Positions 20,701 to 30,198 of a stretch of DNA of 64,000 bases are shown here, piece after piece. The position numbers and the translations under genes are program-made. How positions within the stretch are numbered: position 1 is the first letter of the stretch; the number at the start of each line of letters is the position of its first letter. The notes below the pieces were generated by a model. The model worked only from the letters and a program-made list of their open reading frames with translations. It had not been told where the DNA came from and searched no databases. Origin of the DNA: a virus (taxonomy: Duplodnaviria > Heunggongvirae > Uroviricota > Caudoviricetes); the IMG/VR virus record IMGVR_UViG_2711768037_000005, positions 3,040-67,039 of that record. The stretch is one strand, 5' to 3'.

Positions 20701-21274
20701 TAAAGCCTCACGTCCGTTTGAGATGAACCCCAAACGTTCGGCTGAAATTAACGTACTCATGACGCGGATGGCGGCTGAAATGGGCTTAGGTGATGAACTA
20801 ATCCGCCCCAGCATTGGTATTAAGCCGAAAATCATGATCATTCTGGACAATGCGAACGGCAATGATACTCGAACCGGTTACTTCATGGAAAACGGATACG
20901 ACGATTTTAAGGCCAAGCTATTGACGGCTGGAGATTTACGCATGGGCGATCTCTATGTCACAGGAGTTTGCAAGAAGGTTAAAGACAAAGAAAAAGACTA
21001 CACCAAAGACGAGATCGGCCAGTTCACCGACTTTATGCGTGAAGAGATCAATCTGGTGCGTCCGACCTATGTGCTGACGTGTGGCAGCCGGGCAACTTCA
21101 TTGTTTAACAACAAAAACAAGCCATCCGATTTGGTCGGCAGGAAGGAGTATCTTCCAGACCTTGACGTTACTGTCTTTTACGGGTTTAACCCCAACATTC
21201 TTTACTTCAGACCTGAAGAGGGAGAACGACTAGAAGCTATATTAGCCGACGTAGCAGAAACTATTAAGACGTGA
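17756..21274 (+). CDS. dnaE: DNA polymerase III alpha subunit (DnaE-type, PHP + polymerase core)
   Basis: 1172 aa; N-terminal PHP-like segment MVRTDFSLGESALK; conserved GLIKLDVLGL block; length typical of DnaE. Confidence 0.9.
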   Translation: MKALMVRTDFSLGESALKAENAVKIAREAGYTAVISADSMNIASVIPLQRAAGDDMAVICGVKLNIVDDPTYEHRAKLAKESKRCMESLERGRNYSFTALIKNEQGYRDICELMTVANTREQFYFVPRLSLEQLVSTYAKGNIILLTSDIGSVFQRNDFAKIISTLITAGGKDNFYSVVYPHPTPFYDQINVRAMKVASALKIEPVAFYPAYYESIDDADIKDIAHMVTNNIKIDQPHRLRIPHQRDNAINGRRHLLEALKTFSVRMDVPVTAAMASTTQDTIIDACTWRWHELPPALPKMADDEPATLMKLAVAGLRKRLTTKEFGYTPPASENRVYVERLKYEMDTLTRLGFCGYFLMVRDLMNHSRETGIPVGPGRGSSAGSLVAWCIGITNVDPIRHGLLFERFINPERLDLPDADLDFSQARRHEVIEYLNERYGEDYVAGIPNFTYLGAASALRDTARIYGVESADMAVSKELKNVEDDSLPLEELREQLASLDKYATKYPDAFNAACKLQSLMRGFGRHAAGMIVAGVPLTERTPVERRGDARCIAFDKRYCEAMGLIKLDVLGLATLDLLDSAKRYIKESTGEDINLDAISLEDRKVLDGFAAGYTQGVFQLESGPMRKLLKDLGGGIEPMSFKTVVATTALFRPGPIQSGMLDDYVSVAKGFMTPESLHPVLDELTAETNGVILYQEQTMNATRLLAGFTMAEADGVRSAIGKKNMEKMKSMGEKFIVQAQAGWIDVELEDGTTQRIHRAEHFKCEDGTLKTVEEALEYGAKLPINAVRVTASHPGLSEMKAKEIWTAFEKNGAYQFNKSHSVAYSLISYQSMWLKTHYPAEFFAAALTILGEDKHQGLVKDALTYGIRVLPPDVNMSSNRIEIRTLEDGSQVLYAPFSAVKGCSENGCQAIMRAREKVGGKFESLAQFEEAVEKRACNSRVRESLQKVGAFASIEPGSLPATDPERLRDQAELMGNLVIDAVKASRPFEMNPKRSAEINVLMTRMAAEMGLGDELIRPSIGIKPKIMIILDNANGNDTRTGYFMENGYDDFKAKLLTAGDLRMGDLYVTGVCKKVKDKEKDYTKDEIGQFTDFMREEINLVRPTYVLTCGSRATSLFNNKNKPSDLVGRKEYLPDLDVTVFYGFNPNILYFRPEEGERLEAILADVAETIKT

Positions 21275-21282
21275 TCCAATAA

Positions 21283-21308
21283 ACATGGCCTCTATGGCCA
21301 TGTTTTCC
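21283..21308 (+). terminator. rho-independent terminator after dnaE
   Basis: hairpin ACATGGCC-TCTA-TGGCCATGT followed by TTTCCC. Confidence 0.55.
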
Positions 21309-21399
21309 CTTATCCCCTCATATCCCCTATCCTCGAACTCCTTGCCTTATCATCACAATGATATAATCAATATAAAATGATAAGTAAAAAGGAAAGCAC

Positions 21400-21831
21400 A
21401 TGATCACCGATATTTACGAGAAAATAATGTCTGATCTCGAGTTTGACCGAGACAATCTGGAGGAAGTCTGGCGTAGACAACCCCGCCTTTTAATGGAGTA
21501 TGGCTCAAAACTCGCTCATGCAGAAAGAAGTGTCGCAGAGGCAAAACTTAACCTTGAAGCTGTTGAAGCAAAGCTATACGACACAGAGCGTAAGAACTTG
21601 AGTATGAACGGCATTAAGTTCAACGAGTCTGTACTGGACGCTAAGGTTAAAACAAACCCACAGTATCTGTCTAAACGGCAGAAGTTGGATGAAGCACGGC
21701 ACATCGCAGACATATACAAACATGCTGTCGCCGCCTTTTCGCATCGCCGAGACATGATCGTTCAGGCGTCAAAGATGGCCATCGTTGAATTAGAGCGATT
21801 AGGCTCTGAACGCTTTATTACCCCCCGTTGA
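21400..21831 (+). CDS. hypothetical protein (helical/coiled-coil)
   Basis: 143 aa ORF after conserved AAAGGAAAGCACATG region. Confidence 0.5.
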   Translation: MITDIYEKIMSDLEFDRDNLEEVWRRQPRLLMEYGSKLAHAERSVAEAKLNLEAVEAKLYDTERKNLSMNGIKFNESVLDAKVKTNPQYLSKRQKLDEARHIADIYKHAVAAFSHRRDMIVQASKMAIVELERLGSERFITPR

Positions 21832-21948
21832 TTTTTGATAGATAATAAGTAAGTACTGATCTATCATTTAACAACTCAAAAGAGCCACGAATGAACGAAA
21901 GCCCAACGCGCATAGCGCCATCGGCCAAATCACAACAAGGAGAAACAC

Positions 21949-22977
21949 ATGTCTAAGACATTACTTGATTTGCTTAACAAAACTCGTGAAGACATTGCCG
22001 CCAAACGTGGTAACAACGTTGATCTGACTCGTTTAAAAGATGGCGTCAACTATATCCGTATCTTCCCGAATAAAGACGACCCAAACGGTAAGTTCTTCCA
22101 GACTTTCGGTATGCACTACGTTAAGTATCAGAACGAGGAAGGTAAAGAAGCAACCAACGCTTATATTTGTGAGCAACATACTCACGGTCGCGCTTGTCAG
22201 CTATGCGAAATGGTGATGGAAGGTCGCGCTCGTCACAAGGGTAACAAAGCAATGGAAGAACGCATCGGTCAAATGCGTGCCACTCCTCGCTACCTGGTCA
22301 ACGGCATTCTTTCTGCTCGTGAGGATTTCGCAGATGCTGAGAAATGCCAGTTAATCGAGCTGCCGTCTACTGTATTCGATGATATCTGCAAAGCAATCAC
22401 CGAAGACATCGCTGATGATATCGGCAATCCACTGAGCAAAGAGGAAGGCTACGCATTCCTGATTAAACGTACTGGCTCTGGTCGCGATACCAAATATGAC
22501 GTCTCGCCTAAGCGTAAAGTCTACAAAGGCGATATCGAAGATAAATTCTGGAACACCCAGCATGATCTGATCGCATACGCAAATCAGGCTGATGAAACTC
22601 GTCTTCTGTCGACAGTTCGCACTATGGGTCGTCTGATTGGCATCGCTGCACCAACTGCCGCAGCATCTGCACCAGCAATTTCCTCAACCGCGAAAACATC
22701 GGCCGCGGCACTGCCTGGATTTGGCTCTGTCACTGGTCATACGGAGGGTGCGACTGCTGTAGCTACCGCTCACACCCCAGCTTCTGAACCAACCAGTCTG
22801 GTTGATGAAGAAATCCTCCGTGCCGTTGAAACTGAATTTAAACCAGAAGCAAGTTCCGCTGCCGTTGCAGTATCAGTCAAAGAGTCTGAAGCAGTCGCAG
22901 CGACATCTGTAGCAGCCGCATCTGCGACGGAAGATGAAGGTCTGGATGACCTACTGAGAGAGCTGGACTCTCTGTAA
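21949..22977 (+). CDS. single-stranded DNA-binding protein, T4 gp32-like
   Basis: 342 aa; NYIRIFPNKDDPNGKFF resembles gp32 AVIRFLPSKNDEQAPF; zinc ligand cluster CEQHTHGRACQLCE; Ala/Ser-rich linker and acidic C-terminal tail DEGLDDLLRELDSL like gp32. Confidence 0.7.
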   Translation: MSKTLLDLLNKTREDIAAKRGNNVDLTRLKDGVNYIRIFPNKDDPNGKFFQTFGMHYVKYQNEEGKEATNAYICEQHTHGRACQLCEMVMEGRARHKGNKAMEERIGQMRATPRYLVNGILSAREDFADAEKCQLIELPSTVFDDICKAITEDIADDIGNPLSKEEGYAFLIKRTGSGRDTKYDVSPKRKVYKGDIEDKFWNTQHDLIAYANQADETRLLSTVRTMGRLIGIAAPTAAASAPAISSTAKTSAAALPGFGSVTGHTEGATAVATAHTPASEPTSLVDEEILRAVETEFKPEASSAAVAVSVKESEAVAATSVAAASATEDEGLDDLLRELDSL

Positions 22978-23037
22978 TCCCATTACGTGACCAGTAAGGC
23001 GTCTACGGACGCCTTACTTTTTGGAAGGAATGTACCG

Positions 23038-23982
23038 GTGAATTATCTCTTCGTAGATGGCAATAGCCTGGGTTATTACCACCAACAATCTGACAAATTG
23101 CACAACGGCGAAATGGAAGTACAGGCTGCTTTCGGCTTTGTTAAGAACGTCCGTCGTTATGCCTCCATCCTCCATGCCCGACCTATGATTCTTTGGGATG
23201 GATTTAGTGACAAGCGTCGCGACTTTTACCCGGACTACAAAGCAAATCGCGACGACGATCCTGATATGAAAAAGATGAAGGAAGGCTTTGCTATCCAGAA
23301 GCCATACATCCTCAAAATGATGACCGCGCTTGGAGTTACCCAACTCATTGCAAAAGATGCAGAAGCGGATGATCTGGCCGGGCTGCTGGTAGCCAGCATT
23401 GCACCGCAGCCAATCGTTGAACACATCTATCTGTTAACAGGCGATAGCGACTGGCTTCAGTTAGTTCGCGAAAACGTAAGCTGGGTAAGCCTGCGCGAAG
23501 ACGCCAAAAACAAGCAGGTTAATTTTGAGCAATTTGCGGAGCTGACAGGATTCGCTACTCCTCGCGCATTTTTGGAAGCAAAAGCATTACAAGGCGATAA
23601 ATCGGACAACATTAGCGGTGTTGGTGGCATTGGTGCTGGCGGTGCGAAAGAGCTGCTGCATGAATGGGGAAGTGTCGCAACGATGGTACGCGGCATCAAC
23701 GACGGCTCAATCGTGGTTAATAAAGGGCGTCATAAGACCGCCTTCAACAAACTAGCGAAGAATGCCTTCAACGAGAAAACAGGCTGTCGAATGCTCGAAG
23801 CGTTCAAGAGAAACATCACGCTAATGAACCTGATTGAGACGAAGTTTCCGCCTACCGAAATCGAAACAATCAAAGGCAATCGTGACGTGAAAGCATTCGA
23901 GCAACTGTGCTACGAGCTGAATTTCCGTTCGTTCCTTGAAGACCTTGAAGTGTTTGTTCTTCCATTCGAAAGGTATTGCTAA
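23038..23982 (+). CDS. 5'-3' exonuclease / flap endonuclease (T4 RNase H / Pol I 5'-exo family)
   Basis: H3TH motif LQGDKSDNISGVGGIGAGGAKELL; acidic PIN-like N-terminal region; start moved to GTG 23038 because a terminator hairpin (22993-23023) lies inside the longer ORF from 22987. Confidence 0.75.
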   Translation: MNYLFVDGNSLGYYHQQSDKLHNGEMEVQAAFGFVKNVRRYASILHARPMILWDGFSDKRRDFYPDYKANRDDDPDMKKMKEGFAIQKPYILKMMTALGVTQLIAKDAEADDLAGLLVASIAPQPIVEHIYLLTGDSDWLQLVRENVSWVSLREDAKNKQVNFEQFAELTGFATPRAFLEAKALQGDKSDNISGVGGIGAGGAKELLHEWGSVATMVRGINDGSIVVNKGRHKTAFNKLAKNAFNEKTGCRMLEAFKRNITLMNLIETKFPPTEIETIKGNRDVKAFEQLCYELNFRSFLEDLEVFVLPFERYC

Positions 23983-24248
23983 TGCTTAAATCGATTATTA
24001 ATGGCGCTACAACCACCCCTGCCCAACTGGCAAAAGAGATTGTCTTTTATCACGGTGAGTACGCTGTCATCGCACTGCCGTCAATTCTAGGCGCTGCCGG
24101 AATGAAAGCGACAGATCGCGAGTTTGGATTAGTCAGCGAGCAGGTCGTAAAAATCCTCGCTCGTGTATCCAGACTCCTTAACCACGATGCGATTGTATTC
24201 GACGAATCCGTCGCTTTAAAACGAATCAACGAAACAAAAGGAGCCTGA
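23976..24248 (+). CDS. hypothetical protein
   Basis: 90 aa ORF between exonuclease and recombinase. Confidence 0.4.
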   Translation: MLMLKSIINGATTTPAQLAKEIVFYHGEYAVIALPSILGAAGMKATDREFGLVSEQVVKILARVSRLLNHDAIVFDESVALKRINETKGA

Positions 24249-24250
24249 TC

Positions 24251-25324
24251 ATGGCAAAAGCAAAATCCGCACTGGCACTTGCTCTGAAAAAGAAAATCGG
24301 TAGCAACGACGAAATTCAGAAAGTAACTCATTGGATTGATACAGGCTTTCCACCGTTAAACAAAGCTATTTCTGGTCGTTACGATGGCGGCTTCCCATGT
24401 GGTCGTATCGTCGAAGTATTCGGTCCTCCAAGTGCAGGGAAAACGTTCCTTGCAACAGCAGCGATGATCTCCGCTCAAAAACAAGATGGTCTGGCGGTAT
24501 TCCTCGATCATGAAAACAGTTTTGACGTTGGCCTGGCTGTAGCCAATGGCCTGAACGCAGATGAGGATGACGGTCAGTGGGTATACAAGCAGCCTGACAC
24601 CTTCGAAGACTCTGTAGAGTTGATCGGCACAATACTTAAATTGGTACGTGATGAAGAGCTTATCCCTGAATCAGCACCTATCTGTATCGTGGCTGACTCT
24701 CTTGCGTCTATGGTTCCGAACTCCAAAGCCGAGAAGTTCGAAAAGATGGCTGAAGGCACTGCCAAAGACAAAGATCAGCTAAACATGAACGACAATACGG
24801 CACTGGCTCGTGCGACGAGTGCGAACTTCCCTACTCTGGCTTTGTGGGCACGCAAATACAACGCCTGCATCATATTCTTGAATCAGGTTCGCACAAAAAT
24901 CGGTGTAATGTTTGGCGACCCTACTACGTCGCCAGGTGGAGATTCACCGAAGTTCTACGCTTCTGTACGTATCCGTCTTGGTGCATCGGTGATGAAGGAT
25001 GGTAAAGAGAAGATCGGCCAGGACGTAGGCGCAGAGTGCATCAAAAACAAAGTTGCACCACCTTATGGCAAATGCACCTGGAAATTCTACTTCGATCCTA
25101 CTCGTGGCCTCGACGTTATCGAATCGCTCGTCGAGTACATGCTGGAAGAAGGATACCTGCCAAAGAACGCCAGCGGGCGAGTTGAAATTGGTGACAAGAA
25201 ATACACCAAATCGCAGATCGTCGAGATGTATCGGGAGAAGCCACTGGCTGAAATCATTGCGGCTTTGCAGGCAATCGACGACCGAAGAGCAAAAGACAAC
25301 CCCACCGAGTCAGTAGAAGAGTAA
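24251..25324 (+). CDS. RecA-family recombinase (RecA/UvsX-like)
   Basis: 357 aa; Walker A GRIVEVFGPPSAGKT; RecA-like core with Walker B-like ICIVADS. Confidence 0.8.
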   Translation: MAKAKSALALALKKKIGSNDEIQKVTHWIDTGFPPLNKAISGRYDGGFPCGRIVEVFGPPSAGKTFLATAAMISAQKQDGLAVFLDHENSFDVGLAVANGLNADEDDGQWVYKQPDTFEDSVELIGTILKLVRDEELIPESAPICIVADSLASMVPNSKAEKFEKMAEGTAKDKDQLNMNDNTALARATSANFPTLALWARKYNACIIFLNQVRTKIGVMFGDPTTSPGGDSPKFYASVRIRLGASVMKDGKEKIGQDVGAECIKNKVAPPYGKCTWKFYFDPTRGLDVIESLVEYMLEEGYLPKNASGRVEIGDKKYTKSQIVEMYREKPLAEIIAALQAIDDRRAKDNPTESVEE

Positions 25325-25328
25325 ACAC

Positions 25329-25354
25329 AAGGCGTCCATAGGACGCCTTTTTTA
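25329..25354 (+). terminator. rho-independent terminator
   Basis: AAGGCGTCC-ATA-GGACGCCTT followed by TTTTTAT. Confidence 0.65.
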
Positions 25355-25416
25355 TCTCTTGAAAATATATAAGCACTTACTTATTATTTTCGCATAACAA
25401 CCACATAGGAAAACAC

Positions 25417-25617
25417 ATGATCAAAATCTATCTATTGGCAGTAGCCACAGGCCTTTCAGTGGCTCTCATCTACGGTTTACTGGTTCCGTCGCTGATTTCT
25501 ACCAAGAGTGATTTAGCCGTCATGTTTGGAGTTATCGTTGGTTTTGGTGCTCCTGTAATCGGTCTTATTGCTGGTCGTAAGTTTATCAACTCATTAATCA
25601 AAGCAAAGGGGAAATAA
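25417..25617 (+). CDS. small two-helix membrane protein
   Basis: 66 aa, two hydrophobic segments; directly precedes SPFH gene. Confidence 0.5.
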   Translation: MIKIYLLAVATGLSVALIYGLLVPSLISTKSDLAVMFGVIVGFGAPVIGLIAGRKFINSLIKAKGK

Positions 25618-25620
25618 GTA

Positions 25621-26451
25621 ATGAAGAAAGGTTTACTTGCAGTTGCTCTGGCGGCTATTTGCACAATGGGTCTTACTGGCTGCGATCGCGTGGAGCCTGG
25701 ATACGTTGGCATCAAAGTAAACAAATTAGGTGAAGACAAAGGGATTGGTGAAGTAGTTGGCGTTGGTCGCCAATGGACAGGTCTTAACACCGAACTTTAC
25801 GTATTCCCGACCTTCAAACAAATGAAGACCTACGACGAGCCGTTCACATTCCAGATGAGTGACGGTACTGCTATTGGTCACAAAATTGGCGTTGCGTATC
25901 TGGTTAATCGTGACAAGGTAACGACGGTGTTCCAGACCTATCGCAAAGGCGTAGACGATATCACCGAATCAGATCTGCGTCAGAAAATTGCCGACTCTCT
26001 AAACCGTTTGGCAAGCCGTATGACCACTGACTCATTTATCGACGGTGGTAAGGCGCAATTGCTGGACAACGCACTGAAAGATATTCAGAAAGAGATGTCT
26101 CCGGTTGGTATTGAGGTACTGAGCCTGTCATGGGTTGGAAAGCCTGATTACCCAAAAACCGTCATTGAATCTATCAACGCCAAAGTAACGGCTAACCAGC
26201 GTACTCTGCAACGTCAGCAGGAAGTTGAACAGCGTAAAGCTGAGGCGAATATGCTACGTGAACAGGCTAATGGTGAAGCTGATGCTATCCGTGCTCGTGC
26301 GCAAGCAGAAGCCGACGCCATTCGTCTGCGCGGTGAAGCTCTGCGTCAAAACCCGAACGTTATGGAGCTGGAAGCCATCAATAAATGGAATGGCCAGTTA
26401 CCGCAGTACATGACTCAAGGGGCTAACACTCCTTTCATTACAGTGAAATAA
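25621..26451 (+). CDS. SPFH/band-7 domain lipoprotein
   Basis: 276 aa; lipobox LTGC after signal peptide; C-terminal coiled-coil QRQQEVEQRKAEANMLREQANGEADAIRARAQAEADAIR typical of SPFH proteins. Confidence 0.65.
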   Translation: MKKGLLAVALAAICTMGLTGCDRVEPGYVGIKVNKLGEDKGIGEVVGVGRQWTGLNTELYVFPTFKQMKTYDEPFTFQMSDGTAIGHKIGVAYLVNRDKVTTVFQTYRKGVDDITESDLRQKIADSLNRLASRMTTDSFIDGGKAQLLDNALKDIQKEMSPVGIEVLSLSWVGKPDYPKTVIESINAKVTANQRTLQRQQEVEQRKAEANMLREQANGEADAIRARAQAEADAIRLRGEALRQNPNVMELEAINKWNGQLPQYMTQGANTPFITVK

Positions 26452-26468
26452 CTCTCATTAAGAAGATC

Positions 26469-26496
26469 AGGCGTCCAGTTGGACGCCGTTTTATTC
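26469..26496 (+). terminator. rho-independent terminator
   Basis: CAGGCGTCC-AGT-TGGACGCCG followed by TTTTATT. Confidence 0.65.
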
Positions 26497-26546
26497 TCGT
26501 TATTATCACACACAAGAAAACAATTTGTTAAAAGGTTAAGTTAATT

Positions 26547-27371
26547 ATGCCCAACCACATTACAAACGAAATCCGAGTCATAGGTGGTACAAATAAACAA
26601 CGCTTAGATTTCATACGTTCCATAACTAACAAAAAAGGTCTAATTGACTTTAATACCATTTGCAGACGTCCGAAAAGTATAGAAATGGAAGAAAACAATC
26701 ATATCAGGCGCATGGCCTCTGCAATGGCGGGCGAAACAGTTTACGACCACATGTTCGGTGAATTAAAGACTCCAGAACAGGTCGAATTAGCTATGCGTGA
26801 ATCAGGAATGACACGCAAGGAAATTCGCAAAATCAAAGAGCAGGCTCTTATGCGGCTTGAGAATTATCGTCGCTATGGCTATTACTCATGGTTTGACTGG
26901 TCGCGAGCTAATTGGGGAACAAAATGGAATGCCTACAACATCGAAATGCCCGTAAAACGTATCCCTACACGTATTAAGTACGGCCATAATTTCCGCCATA
27001 CACACGTTCGAGCATATGCAAAACGAATCTATAAAAAACGTCTTGCAAGACATGCCGCAACTGGTGGTGAGTTGGTGATTCGCTTTGAAACAGCCTGGTC
27101 TATGCCAAAACCAATTTATCAAGCGATGGCTAGAAAGTTCCCGCACCTTGAGTTTGTAATACGTTATGCAGACGAAGACTTCGGCAATAACTGCGGATTC
27201 ATTTTACTTCGCAACGGCAAATGGGAATATGACTACATTGCACCGGCGAATAACAAACAATCGTCAGAAGAAAAAATCAAATGGCGCAAGTTCGCCTTTG
27301 AGTTATGTTGTCCTGGTATCACTCCACAAGAATACGGTCTAAATGAAGAATACGAATACGCCGGATATTAA
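26547..27371 (+). CDS. hypothetical protein
   Basis: 274 aa ORF. Confidence 0.5.
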   Translation: MPNHITNEIRVIGGTNKQRLDFIRSITNKKGLIDFNTICRRPKSIEMEENNHIRRMASAMAGETVYDHMFGELKTPEQVELAMRESGMTRKEIRKIKEQALMRLENYRRYGYYSWFDWSRANWGTKWNAYNIEMPVKRIPTRIKYGHNFRHTHVRAYAKRIYKKRLARHAATGGELVIRFETAWSMPKPIYQAMARKFPHLEFVIRYADEDFGNNCGFILLRNGKWEYDYIAPANNKQSSEEKIKWRKFAFELCCPGITPQEYGLNEEYEYAGY

Positions 27372-27418
27372 AAAAAATTGTCATTTAGCTTTACGCATGA
27401 AGCATAGAGGTTAATAAG

Positions 27419-28159
27419 ATGAAAAGAAAAATTGAAGAACCAAAAACGACCCTTAATAAACATGGGGAAAAAATTCAAACACATCCAGCGTTCGGTCTTG
27501 TGAAAACAAGCCGTGTTAGCACAACTGGCATTCGCCTATTTGATTCAGAACTGGAACATAGAGACTATATTGAAATAGGCGTTTACGAGGCGGAACTGTC
27601 CTTAGACAATGAACGAACCCGCCCACAAAGAAGTTGCAATAGACGGCCTTTAGTTGAAATTAGACTTAGCCAGGCACAATGGGCTGCTATGGTTAGCAGT
27701 TTTGGAGTGGGCGAAGGTGTGCCATGCACTATTTCATATAAAACCATTGGAGACTCAATTAGAGTTCATGATATTGCCGAGCAAAAAAGTATTCGGCAAA
27801 AATTCAACGATCAAATAAAGGCCGCTACGAATAGTGAGATTGATCGACTTAATCAGCAAGTTTCAGAGCTAGGTGAACTTGTGAAAAAAGGAAGAGCTGG
27901 AAAACGTGACCTTGAAGAACTATATAGAAAACTAGCATCTGCTGTAGCTAACCTTCCTGAAAATCTGTGCTTTGCTACCGAATTAATGCAGGAACAAATG
28001 GATGAAATTGTCTCATCTGGAAAGGCGGAGATTGAGGCGTATGTTGCGGGCACGGTTATGCGTAAAGGGTTAGCAGCATTAGGCACAGAATCATGCATTA
28101 ACGATGATCCTACTGTCTCTATCACCAAAATGGAAAGCGGTAAAGAATTACTGCCATAA
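27419..28159 (+). CDS. hypothetical protein
   Basis: 246 aa ORF. Confidence 0.5.
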   Translation: MKRKIEEPKTTLNKHGEKIQTHPAFGLVKTSRVSTTGIRLFDSELEHRDYIEIGVYEAELSLDNERTRPQRSCNRRPLVEIRLSQAQWAAMVSSFGVGEGVPCTISYKTIGDSIRVHDIAEQKSIRQKFNDQIKAATNSEIDRLNQQVSELGELVKKGRAGKRDLEELYRKLASAVANLPENLCFATELMQEQMDEIVSSGKAEIEAYVAGTVMRKGLAALGTESCINDDPTVSITKMESGKELLP

Positions 28160-28179
28160 ATGCATCTGAGGTACTGACA

Positions 28180-28569
28180 ATGCTTTTAATTCAACCTGGG
28201 TTCGGTTTAAAGATAAAAAAAGGACATATGTTCGGTTTCAAAGAATCGAAACGAAAAATTCTGTCCATTAGATTGCCGTTTATCACCATTCATTGGTTAA
28301 ACAGAGAGTCAACCGATTATTGGTATAAATGTGCTCTGGCCGCATTTAACGACCCTGACTGGTTTATAAAAAACCACCATGCTGTTCGTCAGGCAAAGAG
28401 AAAAGCTAATACGACATACATGAAGGCGTATCGGAAGGCATGGAAAGAACACCGCGATCGATACCAAAAAGACATGGAGAAACTTGAATTGGAAAATATG
28501 GATCTAAGAAGGAAGCTCGGTGAAGCACGGCGAGATATTGAAGCATATAAACGTCTTGTATCGGAGTGA
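28180..28569 (+). CDS. hypothetical protein (basic, coiled-coil C-terminus)
   Basis: 129 aa ORF. Confidence 0.4.
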   Translation: MLLIQPGFGLKIKKGHMFGFKESKRKILSIRLPFITIHWLNRESTDYWYKCALAAFNDPDWFIKNHHAVRQAKRKANTTYMKAYRKAWKEHRDRYQKDMEKLELENMDLRRKLGEARRDIEAYKRLVSE

Positions 28570-28632
28570 ATATATCTTTGCTTTATTTTTTTCAAAGGTG
28601 ATTATTTTCCTATTTATAAGGAGAAGTAAAAC

Positions 28633-29094
28633 ATGGCAGCAATTAAGAAACTCTACGATGCCGCAAACGCGGCTCTGGATGTTATTGATGATGAAGTATC
28701 AAAAGGCTTTCCTGAACCTGATTGGGCGCATCAGCTACGAAACGCTATCGCCGAAATGAATCCACCAAATCCGACAACCGACGAGACAGACTGGCAGCGA
28801 TTTATCCGTATGTACGCTCAGGAAATAGGTCCAACGCCAACGGCAGAGCAAGCAATGCTGCTGAAATACTTCAAAGAGGCGGGAAAGGATTTACCAATTG
28901 ATGACTCAGCATATTGGTTCCACTGCGCATGGCGTAAGTTTGACGTGATATTCACACAAGGCATGGGGAGCAAAGATATGGTTGTGTGGCATCTACTCCA
29001 TATAGACACAGCCGTTGACAGAGTTATTGAACAGTTTTCCCTAAACAAGAAGATTGATCGCCTATTCATAACTAACAAAATAAGTAAACACTAA
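28633..29094 (+). CDS. hypothetical protein
   Basis: 153 aa ORF, RBS AAGGAG. Confidence 0.5.
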   Translation: MAAIKKLYDAANAALDVIDDEVSKGFPEPDWAHQLRNAIAEMNPPNPTTDETDWQRFIRMYAQEIGPTPTAEQAMLLKYFKEAGKDLPIDDSAYWFHCAWRKFDVIFTQGMGSKDMVVWHLLHIDTAVDRVIEQFSLNKKIDRLFITNKISKH

Positions 29095-29112
29095 CCACAA
29101 AAGGAAAAACAC

Positions 29113-29388
29113 ATGAGAGTTTTAGTTCGAATCGTTACCAGCACTGTCTATGACGCATTTCCGCTTTTTATCGTCAAAGCCGATGGCCTTAACGACGAAG
29201 AAACTGACGCGCTGATCCAGCGTATTCTCGTTGAATATACAGGTCATGACGCTGATTCAGTGATGGTTGATGATGATGGTGTTTGTTGGCATAACGGCAA
29301 CTGTTGGTACGTAGAAGAGACTCAACAAATCAGTGATGAAGATGCCGCACATATTGAGCGTATTTTAAGCATCAGCACTTTTGAGTGA
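29113..29388 (+). CDS. hypothetical protein
   Basis: 91 aa ORF after AAAAGGAAAAACACATG. Confidence 0.45.
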   Translation: MRVLVRIVTSTVYDAFPLFIVKADGLNDEETDALIQRILVEYTGHDADSVMVDDDGVCWHNGNCWYVEETQQISDEDAAHIERILSISTFE

Positions 29389-29603
29389 GTTTACAGTAAA
29401 ATTTATATAAGTTAGTATCTACCTATCATGAAGATTTTTATTGAATACTTGTTGCTCATCGTATCAATAGCTTTTGTCATCGACTGCATTTTCACTGGTG
29501 TCATTCGTAAAGTCTTTTCCCCGGTGAACGACGTAGTCATAAACGCTTTGGCTATCGTGCTCGTATTTAATTCAGCATTTGATGTAATCAAAGAGGTGGC
29601 AGC

Positions 29604-29939
29604 ATGAAGGCCATCCCATTCGCGCTGTTGTTCCTTTCTTCGATCGTTGTGGCCGACACCACTGTTTATCAGTGTGAAATGTCTGTAGCCGACGTTAAGA
29701 ATGGCGCTCTTACCGACGTCATAAAAGCACCATATGGAGCGATGGTCGTAGACAGCGGCGACCAGTTCTATGTTGTGCGTGACGATCGAGTATTGTCATC
29801 CCCATATCTCACAAACCGTAATGGCAAATTAACCGGCGTCGGAGAAGACCACTTCGTATACAACAAATACAAGGGCTTCTATGGCGTTCACGCTTCTCAG
29901 CAAAGCTACCTTTTCGATGACTGCAAGGAGGTTGGATAA
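29604..29939 (+). CDS. secreted/periplasmic small protein
   Basis: 111 aa; N-terminal signal-peptide-like MKAIPFALLFLSSIVVA. Confidence 0.5.
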   Translation: MKAIPFALLFLSSIVVADTTVYQCEMSVADVKNGALTDVIKAPYGAMVVDSGDQFYVVRDDRVLSSPYLTNRNGKLTGVGEDHFVYNKYKGFYGVHASQQSYLFDDCKEVG

Positions 29940-30151
29940 TGGCATTAACACTGGCAGGTCTGGAAATCGAGAAAACAAGCGGATACTGGCGTGCTAAGGG
30001 TTTCAAGCAGCCTGGCATTCTTGAGCGTCTGGAACGTGAAGATGGGTATATCGTCCACCAGCGGCGTGAATGGCGTATGTACGATCCAGAAACAGGAAAA
30101 CTGACTACAAAAGCCGGAACACTTTGGGGTCTGTTGAAGAAAATACACTAA
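29939..30151 (+). CDS. hypothetical small protein
   Basis: 70 aa, ATGG overlap with previous stop. Confidence 0.4.
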   Translation: MALTLAGLEIEKTSGYWRAKGFKQPGILERLEREDGYIVHQRREWRMYDPETGKLTTKAGTLWGLLKKIH

Positions 30152-30198
30152 ATGCAAACTGACTGCGGCACGTTCCGCAGTCATATTTCATAGTCGTC

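Noticed and set aside
20347-20862. 171-aa minus-strand ORF
   Set aside because: Entirely antisense within dnaE; shadow ORF.
22987-23037. Longer 5' extension of the 5'-3' exonuclease ORF
   Set aside because: The extension would be translated through a strong terminator hairpin (22993-23023); an internal GTG with RBS at 23038 is more plausible.
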